Assembly (NCBI RefSeq): GCF_001194135.2 | Contig: NC_068994.1 | Coordinates: 47,223,574 to 47,257,054 of the forward strand | DNA: 33,481 nucleotides | Direction of reading: 5' to 3' | From: Octopus bimaculoides | Lineage: Eukaryota | Shown here: positions 24,770-33,481 of the stretch, one piece after another | How positions within the stretch are numbered: position 1 is the stretch's first letter | Layout of the letters: each line of letters opens with the position of its first letter | The notes under the pieces: model-generated | Told to the model about the DNA's origin: nothing | The model's input: the letters and a program-made list of their open reading frames with translations, nothing else | Database searches by the model: none | Position numbers and translations under genes: made by a program

Positions 24770-24862
24770 CGAACAATTTTAATGGGAATAAGATTATTGA
24801 TTACTTTGACCCCATTACCTGACTGGTACTTTATGGACTCTGAAAGGACGAAAGGCAGAGTT
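24770..24862 (-). mobile_element. 3' fragment of SINE family 2
   Basis: TTTGACCCCA..GACTGGTACTT..GAAAGGACGAAAGGCAGAG is the reverse complement of the family 2 body. Confidence 0.55.
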
Positions 24863-24888
24863 GAAATAGGATGAGAGGCAAGTTTAAA

Positions 24889-24985
24889 CTCTCTCTCTCT
24901 TTCTCTCTCTCACTCTTTCTCTCTCACTCTCTCTCTTTCTCTTTCTCTCTCACTCTCTCCTATTTCCTCTTTGTTCTCCTCTCTC
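24889..24985. repeat. (CT)n-rich microsatellite
   Basis: Visible repeats. Confidence 0.9.
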
Positions 24986-25953
24986 TCGCTTTGCTACTCA
25001 CTTCTTCTTTGAAGTAAGTGTGACACACACCACAGGTACGTACAAAAAAAAGAACAAGTTGGCATATTAATATTATTGATAATAAGGCACCAAAAGAATA
25101 TAAAAGAAGATATTACAAGATAGAGGGAGAAAAAAAACCTTGGTAGGTTAGTAGGAGGTCTGCATTCAAAATGGCAAAACTAACTAACTAAATAAAAATG
25201 GTTGGGTACTGTTATTAGCTAGAAAATGACGATTGTAAAAATACCAATTTTTCTGATTTCTTAGAAGAAAAAAAAAACACAAAACAATCACATAATAGGT
25301 TTGGAAAACAGATAAGATACAAACAAGAGAGAAATATTTTGAACGCAGTATATACTGCGATCAAAATATTACTTTATTGTCTGTATGATGCAATACATAT
25401 ATGACGCTTCAAAAACAAAACAAAAAATGTTTGTTTATCTAAGATACCATTAGAGGTAAATAACAAAAATTAAGATATGTGAATCTTAGATTTTGCTATG
25501 TCACATGATAGCAGAATTATAACACTGCTAGGTACTTTTATGTAGAATTTGATGATATTATAGAGGTACGAAGACAAGGCAAGATAAGAGATTTTGTTAC
25601 ATTGCATAATAGCAGAGCTGTCTGATCCTGTGGAATTTATCTATGCAGATTTCTCATAAAAACACAGGGAGTAGATGGTTTCCCACAAGGAACATATATA
25701 TATATATATATATATTCCCTGCAAGGATGCCTGTTAACACTTCCCATAGGAAGTTTAAAACAAGCAATGGGCTGATAATTACCAACCCATTGCCCTTTCA
25801 CCAATCTTTCATCAACAATGTTGTCTTTCCCTCTACAATCCATTCCAGAACTGACCCACTCTGTATGCAACTGTCTAATTGCAAACCAGTTCATTTGACA
25901 TTATTTACATTATTTACATTTGACGGATATTTGTCCTCATCTTGTTTGTTGTT

Positions 25954-25999
25954 AACACAACGTTTCGGCTGATATACCCTCCAGCCTTCGTCAGGTGTC
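25954..25999 (-). ncRNA. Type-I minimal hammerhead (family A), apparently intact
   Basis: GACAC-CTGACGA-A-GGCTG-GAGGGTATAT-CAGCC-GAAAC-GTT-GTGTT. Stem I 5 bp, stem II 5 bp, loopless palindromic stem III (AACGTT). Predicted cut between 25959 and 25958. Confidence 0.8.
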
Positions 26000-26096
26000 T
26001 TGGGGAAATTTCGAACCTGGGTTCTCATTCCTAACGATGTTACTATTATTATATTATTATTATTATTATTACTATTATTAATCAGGTCGCTGCCGT

Positions 26097-26150
26097 GAAT
26101 CGAACTCGGAACCTTGGGGTTAGTAGCCCGCACTCTTAACCACTACGCCA
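26097..26150 (-). promoter_or_regulatory. Internal RNA Pol III type-2 promoter (A and B boxes)
   Basis: A-box TGGCGTAGTGG (26150-26140) and B-box GTTCGATTC (26105-26097) at tRNA-like spacing. T-arm CCGAG/CACGG has 4 of 5 pairs. Confidence 0.75.
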
Positions 26151-26231
26151 TATTACTAATAATAGTAATAATAATAATATAAAAATAGTAACATCGTTAG
26201 GAATGAGAACCCAGGTTCGAAATTTCCCCAA

Positions 26232-26274
26232 GACACCTGACGAAGGCTGGAGGGTATATCAGCCGAAACGTGTT
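26232..26274 (+). ncRNA. Hammerhead (family A) with a 3-nt deletion at the cleavage site
   Basis: GAAACGTGTT compared with GAAACGTTGTGTT in the intact copy. Confidence 0.65.
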
Positions 26275-26611
26275 AACAACAAACAAGATGAGGACAAATA
26301 TCCATCAAATGTAAATAATGTAAATAATTCCTCATCTCTCAAATATAGAACTGAAGTTCATTTGACATCGACCTAAACCGCTTGAGCCAGTAGCTTTGGA
26401 TTCTATTAGGCCCTGCTGTTCTCCAGTTTGTCAGTTTTGATACCTGTATAATTACATCTTCCGTTGTTGTGTGTTGTTGTTGTTGTTTCTATTGTTCATG
26501 TGAAAAGTACAATCAGGAGTTTTCTTTCTTTCATCAATAAGAATATTGTAAACCTTGAAAAACTGGTATAAAAGTGTTCAATGGGAATGAGTGCTTAAGA
26601 ATTTCTTTTTT

Positions 26612-26735
26612 CAGCCACTTGCTTTTGGGTTCAGTCCCACTGTGTGTTAATATAGTGACTTCTTCTGTAGTCCCAAATCAATAAAGCTTTTTGAGTGGAT
26701 TTGGCAGACAGAACCTGAAAGAAGCTCATCAGATG
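26612..26735 (+). mobile_element. Degenerate 5' part of SINE family 1
   Basis: GGGTTCAGTCCCACTG...TGAGTGGATTTGGCAGACAGAACCTGAAAGAAGC. Confidence 0.65.
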
Positions 26736-27040
26736 TATGTATACATACATATATATATGTATACATACATATATATATGTATGTATTTTGTTGTGTGTAT
26801 GTGTGTGTGAAAAAAATCTCATTTTTACATACCTCCCTTAATTCCAAAAGACCCTCAACCACAACATGTTGGGTTATGTTTGTCCTGAAACATTAGTAGA
26901 GAAAACACTTATTTCACTTCTTGTCATAGGGCAGAGGGGAGGGGTGTTTATTTACTTATTTCTTTCTTGAAAAATTGAAATTTTACCAAATTTTTCTTTC
27001 AGAATCATAATCTCTGTATTTTTTTATGTAGTTCGCCCAA

Positions 27041-27943
27041 AATTCAACTTTTCTCTCAAGGTACTAACACTCTGTCTAGTATGCACACTGACATTACACA
27101 TCCATCAGAGCATACTGGTGTCATTTCTTGCGAGCCTACGCATGTCCTCAGAAGTCATGGCCCATGTTTCACTGCCATGAAGCATGGCTGTTCGTACACA
27201 TGCGTCATACAGTCTGCCTTTTACTCTGAGTGAGAGGCCCCTTGTCACCAGCAGAGGTAAGAGCTCTCTGAACTTTGCCCAGGCTATTCTTATTCTAGCA
27301 GCTACACTTTCAGCACCCCCTCCCCCACTACTGACTTGGTCATCTAGATAGCAGAAGCTATCGACTACGTCTATTTTTTTCTCCCTGGAATGTGGCAGAA
27401 GTTGTTTTCTGCACATTTACAGTGTTTATTGCTCCTGAACATCTGCTACATACAAAAACTAACTTCCTAGTTGACCTTCCTTTGATATTGCTGCACCTCT
27501 TATGTGTCCATAGCTTACACTGGGTGTATCTTATAGAGTTTCTACTTACACCTTTCCTGTGTTTTTTCTACCTTCCTACTTATTAGGACTTTGGTTTTAG
27601 CTAGGTTGACTCTAAGGCCCTTCAATTCTAGTCCTTGCTTCCACATCTGAAACTTCTCCTCCAGTCCTGATAGTGACTCAGCAATTAGTGCAAAGTCATC
27701 AGCATAGAGGAGCTCCCAGGGGCATCCTGTCTTGAATTCCTCTGTTATCGCCTGGAGGACTATGATAAATAGGAGGGGGCTGGGGACTGAACCTTGGTGG
27801 ACCCCTACCTCTACCCGGAATTCTTCACTGTACTCGTTGCCAACCCTCACCTTACTGACAGCATCTCTGTACATGGCTCGCACAGCTCTCACTAACCATT
27901 CTTCTATCCCTAGTTTCCTCATTGACCACCAGATAAGGGATCG
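27041..27943 (-). pseudogene. RTE-clade LINE reverse transcriptase fragment
   Basis: WWSMRKLG..VGVHQGS..SPLLFIIVL..LLYADD..GLRVN.AKTKVL, a Cys/His-rich insert, DSFCYLDD..RIRIAWAKFREL..MLHGSETW. Frameshifts near 27560 and 27375. Confidence 0.92.
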
Positions 27944-28029
27944 TATGTATATGTGTATATTCATATCTATTATATAAAAGTCAAAGTATGTATATATGTA
28001 TGTATGGCTGTATATATGTGAGATAATAG

Positions 28030-28308
28030 TTTCACTTTAATAGTTTAAGTATTAAAGTGAAAGTATTAAAGTGAAAGTATTAAAGTGAAAGTATTAAAGT
28101 GAAAGTATCTGACATTACAATAGAGATATGTTATTGTTTCCCTTTTGACACGTAATACTGCAATAGTGGAGGAGATGTGATATTGCACTGGGCTCTCACT
28201 AGGCAAGAAGTTAAAATTGTTTTGGGCCTAAAACACTACACAATTGGTCGTGTAGTTCTCAAGTTTTAGGGATTCACACAGACAGACTCACAGACACACA
28301 ATCTCATC

Positions 28309-28342
<34 letters not shown>

Positions 28343-28345
28343 TAG
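28030..28345 (-). mobile_element. Possible non-autonomous Helitron-like element, 5' portion
   Basis: Minus strand starts TC-TATATA...GAAGATGAGATTGTGTGTCTGTGAGTCTGTCTG, the Helitron/DINE-like 5' pattern. No CTRR 3' end seen. Confidence 0.35.
28047..28108. repeat. 14-bp tandem repeat (AAGTATTAAAGTGA)x4.4
   Basis: Four exact units. An inverted partial copy TTTCACTTTAATA lies at 28030-28042. Confidence 0.95.
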
Positions 28346-28495
28346 ATAATGACGACTGAGTTTTAATATGAGGAACAACACGCAACCTAATCAAAATATC
28401 AATCACAGCTTTAACCAGTTTCCACCTATTTTTGTAAAATGTTCGTGCATAGTAACATATTTGGTTTGGAAAAGCACAAACAGATAAATCAGATT

Positions 28496-28710
28496 CTTTT
28501 CAACTTCTAGGCACAAAGCCTGAAATTTTTGGGGAGGGGTTCAGTCGATTGGATCGACCTCAGTACACAACTGGTACTCAATTTATCGATCCCGAAGGAT
28601 GAAAGGCAAAGTCGACCTCGGTAGAATTTGAACTCAGAACGTAAAGACAGACTAAATACTGCTAAGCATTTCGTGCGGCGTGCTAACGTTTCTGCCAGCT
28701 CACTGCCTTG
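28496..28710 (-). mobile_element. tRNA-derived SINE family 2 with TSD
   Basis: Head AAGGCAGTGAGCTGGCAGAAACG, B-box GAGTTCAAATTC. TSD AGATAAATCAGATT (28482-28495) and AGATAAACCAGATT (28713-28726). Confidence 0.9.
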
Positions 28711-29354
28711 ATAGATAAACCAGATTACGAAGCAAGTGAAAAGTGCTTGTCGTCAGCAGATCATGAAGAAGTTAGTAGACTGTAGAATGAACACAAACAA
28801 CAAAATTCGGTGTGAGACAAAGCAGCATATAGTACAGAACAGAAAATGTTTGAAATTGCAATCGAAATTTAACTGTTCACCGCCCAAGAAAATGTAGCTC
28901 GATTAGGTCACGTTGAGAACTGCAGAAATTTGGATAAAATTTCCGCTATTAAACAGACAAAGGATATGCCTTGGCTCGAAGAAAAACTGTTGAGTGAGTT
29001 CATTGCGCATATGCATTGTTGTCCAGTACAGCTTAAGTTGTCTTATACAGCGTAGCAAATGATGGGAAAAAGCGTCCAGGATATTTCATTATCGTTTATG
29101 AAATGCCAGATGTTAGTAAGTTTGATCAAGTTTACAATACACCTCAAATTTATTGCTGAAAAGTAACCAGGGAGTCTTTCATCAGATTTTATGCAATGCT
29201 TTCAAATGAAAGAAGTTGTCACAAAAAGAAAGACAGAAAGAACGAGAGGAAGGAAGGAAGAAAGAATATGAAAAAGAAAAAAAAGGTAATTTAGTCATAA
29301 ATGTATTCGAGAAGCCAAGGCATAAACATGACAAAATTATTGGCAAATACTTGG

Positions 29355-29921
29355 GGATCTTTTTTAAAACGGGGGCCACATTTTTCATTAATGTTTTACG
29401 TAGTGTTTTTGGTACGGAAAGACTTTTCAAACTTCGTATACTTATCTATTTTGTGTTATAGAACAGAAAAATATTTTTGTATTCGAATTTATTTCATGTA
29501 AAAAATTGTCTTATTTCGATAATTTCAACCAATCACTGACGTCCATTCAGTCGATATACATTAAGTGCCGACTACATAAACAAACGATTCTTCGTTTTAT
29601 TTGCTTTTTTCATTTTAAATTTGCTTTAACCCTAACCCTAACCCTAGGGTTAGGGTTAGGGTTAGAGTTAGGGTTAGGATTAATTGTTTCAGAATCGTTT
29701 GTTTATGTAGTCGGCACTTAATGTATATCGGCTGAATGGACGTCAGTGATTGGTTGAAATTACAGAAATACGACAACTTTAACATGGAATAATTTATGGA
29801 TTTCTTTTTTTTTAAAGAAGACTAAGAGAAAAAGATGTTTTATATGACACATTCTACCAGTGTTCCAAGTTTCAAAGTGTTTCGTTAATGAAAAATGTGG
29901 CCCCCGTTTTAAAAAAGATCC
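29355..29921. mobile_element. Merlin-like MITE (GG termini, 8-bp TSD) with nested inverted repeats
   Basis: Perfect 37-bp TIRs GGATCTTTTTTAAAACGGGGGCCACATTTTTCATTAA. TSD ATACTTGG at 29347-29354 and 29922-29929. Inner 72-bp IR at 29520-29591 and 29691-29762. Confidence 0.85.
29627..29678. repeat. Inverted telomere-type repeat (TAACCC)3-TA-(GGGTTA)5
   Basis: 38-bp perfect palindrome at 29627-29664 plus two further units, one of them the variant GAGTTA. Confidence 0.95.
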
Positions 29922-29931
29922 ATACTTGGAT

Positions 29932-30555
29932 TGTATAGTAAGTATAAGGAGTGATCATATACTACCTCTCTCCTGACCAGGTGACTTCTCTGAACGGTGC
30001 AACTAGATCGCATTCTATAAAAGCGTGACAGAAAAGAGCTATTTTGTCGTGGTGACTTGTGCTATGGCCACTCCATCCAATTAGAGCTGACTACAGAAGG
30101 ATACGTGTGGAAACTTTCGCCCAGCAGTAGACACACCTTTTTCAAATAGCTAAAGGAGTTGCAGATTTGACGGCGAGGAAGCAACATCGCTTTCTTCAAC
30201 ATGGTACATCTATGTTCACCACCAGTTTAGAGAGTTGCAGCATTAACGGCCCACCCTTTCTGATATGCGACGATTACAGGGTACACTACCAACGTTGCGC
30301 AACTCATTTCATTTATATCTGTTTTCATTCTGCAGCACATAAGCCACCCAAATGAATTACATCGTATGTCATGCGAATTTCTTCCTGTCTCGCTACAGCA
30401 TTTGTTTAGCATTCACACACAAACTAAAAAATAATTCTTATTGTTTCTTGCGAGTACATAAATTTTTATGTTATATATACTTTGTCTTCTGACTTTCCTG
30501 TGTCACAGAACAATCACATGAAATTAACGACGACCACCATCGTCACATTGGTGAC
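29932..30555 (+). mobile_element. Possible second LTR with a truncated PBS
   Basis: TG start, TATAAAA at 30016, ends ...GTCACA at 30547 (same ending as the 16052 LTR), followed by T-TGGTGAC. Confidence 0.35.
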
Positions 30556-30791
30556 TTATTACATTTGATCATACATTACAGTCCTTTCTCAAACAATTTC
30601 AACTCTTTGAAAACATTATGACGGTTATATATATACGAAATAAAAGCTGCTGAAAACTTATATCATAAAGGCATTATTTGACTTGACAAAAGACTAAGAT
30701 CCAAACCTATACATGTTTGGATAGTAGTGCACTATTGAATGTCATACACAAGTCTCACTTCTAATTTAATTGATTGTGCTGAAAATAATTG

Positions 30792-30932
30792 TTTCCGATT
30801 TCGGCACAAGCCCAGAGATTTTCAGTGGAGTATAGTATTTGACTGCTACTTTATTTTAATGACCTCGAAAAAAAAAAAAAAAAAAAAATTGAAAGGTAAA
30901 AATTGACTTCGGCGAGATTTGAACTCAGAACG
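30792..30932 (-). mobile_element. Degenerate SINE family 2 fragment with an internal poly(A)
   Basis: GGCACAAGCC...GAAAGGTAAAAATTGACTTCGGCGAGATTTGAACTCAGAACGTA matches 28500-28645. Confidence 0.6.
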
Positions 30933-31748
30933 TACAATACTATAACTTAATACGGTGCTTTAGTTCTGAGTACCAAATGCAAATAGCCTTAGTGAATTCC
31001 TTCTGGGAAAGGATTAGGACAACATTAGCAATAACTAAAGAAATGCTCATGAATGATAGAAATCAAGAAAACTTTTAAAAACGTTATGATGGTCGCTGAA
31101 ATGTTAGGTGAAATTCCCAAAGGAATAATTTAAGACACACAATTCTCATTCATGGAAGCATGAATTCCACTGAAAAAATGTTTTGTTTGTTGCTTTATTT
31201 CTTTCCAGCCTTCGCATATACTCTGCATTCAAAGCCCCCATCACGCTACTTTGCAGTATCATACTTCGCACCACGCAAGCATCGTACAATTCGCTCTTCA
31301 CTTTGATAGAGAAACCCTTTGTTTAAAGAAGTAATGACTTTGCTTAGTGTGTGTGTGCGTGCGTGCGATACAAATATATATTAACACACACATACACGCA
31401 CTCTCTCTCTCTCTGTCCCTTTCACATACACATGTGTCTGTGAATGTACCGTGGTATAGAGTGCACCATGTGGTACAGGGAGCCATTACTTCTGCTTATA
31501 CTTTGTATACAAGCATCATACAATCTGTCCTTCATTGCGAGAGAGAGAAGCTGTTTGTTTCTAGCAGAGATAATAACTTCCAGGTAACTATGCTTTCAAA
31601 ACTTTCATTTCCCCTGCTAACTGGGTTGCTTAGATAGTAGAAGCCATGACCTACATCTAACAAGCTATTGAAACATTTGAAAGTATTTATGTCATCTGTA
31701 CTCTTGCTAATGACTATTCCAGTGTGTCTGTAACATGCAAAGATTATA

Positions 31749-33470
31749 TAGGAAAGTTGGTTATACATCATTAGATGTATACCTGACTTTCCTATATAAA
31801 ATTAGAAATTAAACGAAACGCTGAACTCCAGACTATCAACTTAAACAACATTTATTCTAGCGTAAGTTCGAAAGATGGAGGGAGACAACTAAACACGTCC
31901 ATGCTCAATCGCTGGCCAGCAAGAAAGAGACAGAATTAAGCGGGAAAGCTTGCTTGTTGAATTCCACGCATGCGCACAGCGTTACTACAATTACCTTTCT
32001 TGTCAGCCTACGTTTGACCACAGAGCCAGGGGTTGTAAATAATTGATTGGAACCTTTCCAATCAATTATTTTCCTACCAATCAATCAATTTTAATTGAGA
32101 TACAGGCCAATCAATTATTGCAATTAATTGTCAATTATTTTGCCGCACGTAGAGTATTCGATTTAGGTAAGAGCCAAAATGATAGAAAAAATAAAAGGCA
32201 CGTCTTATAGTTTCAAAAACTTTAGGGAACAAACAACATGTATACCCTACATTGTACAGTAGTTGAAAAACAAATAAATTGAAGGTCTTTAACTGAAAGA
32301 GTTTCTCAAACGAATAGCACAATTAAACTGTTTTAATATAGCAAAAGGTCATGAGCGATTGTAGATTTCTGAAACTAGATCTTCATCCCAGAAAGCGCGA
32401 TTAATTCATTGCTGAAAATCATTAAAAGCGTAACCTTTCTGAGCAGAAGAAACGTTTCAAGATGATGGACTTTGGTAACAAAAATCTACAGTTCAGATAT
32501 TACTGAGGTGAAATTTTATCTTTTTTTTTGTGTGTGTTTTCTCAATCAAATTGAAGCAAAATCATCATCTTCTGCATGTTGTAAAATTTTCACAATTCCA
32601 CTTTCAAAATTTGGGCTGTGCACAATGGAAACAAACATTTTTTAAACACTTCATAAGGATACAATGCGAGAATTTGGTAAAAAAAATTCGAGGATCAACC
32701 AAAACTATTTCTGTTCTTTGCAAGGCGACTGTTACTGAGCGTAACTTTCCTAAATTGTCTTTCGGTGTTTGCAGATCAGTATGATCGCGTGGGTCTACAA
32801 ATAATCAACCAGTTTTGGATCACCTTGAAAAGAGTCTAAATACGGCTTGAGTTGTGTACCTCTCAATCATATCGTAAGTACTGGACCAATGGGTTTTATT
32901 TCTTTGTATAGGTTGCAAAGGCGTTTTTTCCCGAAGTTTATCCACAAATTTTAATGATTTTAGCTTGCCTATCAACATATTAATTTTATCAAGCAGAACT
33001 TACTACTTGTCGAGATAAACAGAAACAGCTATATTGAATTTATGAGAAGCACATCCAATCAATGGTGTAGAAACGCCGTGCGCATGCGTAGTCTCACGCA
33101 TGCGTGGAATTAAACAAGCAAGCTTTCCTGCTTAATTCTATCTCCTTCTCGGTCGGCCGACCATGAGCATGGACGTGTCAAGCAGTGTCTCCAACATTCC
33201 AACTCTGGAGACAGTCTCTTTACGTGTTTAGCTGTCACTCTCCATCTTTCGGACTTACACTCGACAGCTCGCTTACATCTACATAACAACGTCCCAACAA
33301 CTATGCTCACACACACAGAAGCTGTAACAACAAGAGCTAAAGATGTATATATTTACCACCTGAATAAATGTTGTTTAAGTTGATAGTCTGGAGTTCAGCG
33401 TTCCGTTTTGTTTCTAATATTATATAGGAAAGTCAGGTATACATCTAATGATGTATAACCAACTTTCCTA
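31749..33470. mobile_element. Internally deleted hAT-related DNA transposon with long TIRs
   Basis: Inverted arms about 31749-31988 and 33067-33470 enclose a hAT transposase remnant. Termini TAGGAAAG and CTTTCCTA are each flanked by TA. Confidence 0.85.
32385..33059 (-). pseudogene. hAT-family transposase C-terminal remnant
   Basis: IGCASHKFNIAV (CxxH motif), KLREKTPLQP..NKTHWSSTYDMIERY (TRWSS-type), SVTVALQ, IVHSPNFESGIVKI and a decayed dimerisation-domain region. Stops and frameshifts present. Confidence 0.8.
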
Positions 33471-33481
33471 TAATGGTATTC

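Larger units (their letters stand above)
25902..26354. mobile_element. Head-to-head double copy of the tRNA-hammerhead module with a 14-bp TSD
   Basis: Minus arm 26153 to 25902 has the head and is 3'-truncated. Plus arm about 26152-26353 lacks the head and is 3'-complete. AGTTCATTTGACAT occurs at 25888-25901 and 26355-26368. Confidence 0.9.
25690..26460 (-). pseudogene. Second R4-type RT fragment, split by the family A insertion
   Basis: Removing the insert and one TSD restores VSKLTNWRTAGPNRIQSYWLKRFRSMSNELVCN. Frameshifted VGNYQPIAC lies downstream. Confidence 0.75.

Noticed and set aside
26085-26153. Functional tRNA gene
   Set aside because: No proper acceptor stem, only 3 bp in the anticodon stem, and it runs into (TAA)n. 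It is a tRNA-derived promoter head.
28047-28108. CRISPR-like array
   Set aside because: The units are contiguous with no spacers, and the context is eukaryotic.
29627-29678. Chromosome end-to-end fusion site
   Set aside because: The orientation is (CCCTAA)n(TTAGGG)n, the reverse of a fusion scar, and it lies inside a TSD-flanked MITE.
31532-31771. 79-aa minus-strand ORF
   Set aside because: It starts inside the hAT TIR hairpin and has no recognisable motif.

Overview
AT-rich eukaryotic (metazoan) genomic DNA with three assembly gaps. The SINE families, microsatellite load and TTAGGG repeats look octopus/cephalopod-like; this is recognition from memory, not a database result. I found no supportable host gene, tRNA, rRNA or CRISPR array. 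Most long listed ORFs are microsatellite or N-gap artefacts, or decayed transposon fragments. The window is a nest of mobile elements: two tRNA-SINE families, RTE and R4/Dong LINE remnants, two Penelope-like (PLE) GIY-YIG remnants, hAT, piggyBac, Merlin-like and Sola/Kolobok-like MITEs, one likely and one possible LTR with PBS, and a deleted hAT transposon with unusual hairpin ends. The most striking signal is five type-I minimal hammerhead motifs from three families. One family forms a module of tRNA-like Pol III head + (TAA)n + hammerhead. It sits directly 3' of a PLE endonuclease remnant (18908-19633) and also occurs alone as a head-to-head double insertion between 14-bp target-site duplications (25888-26368).
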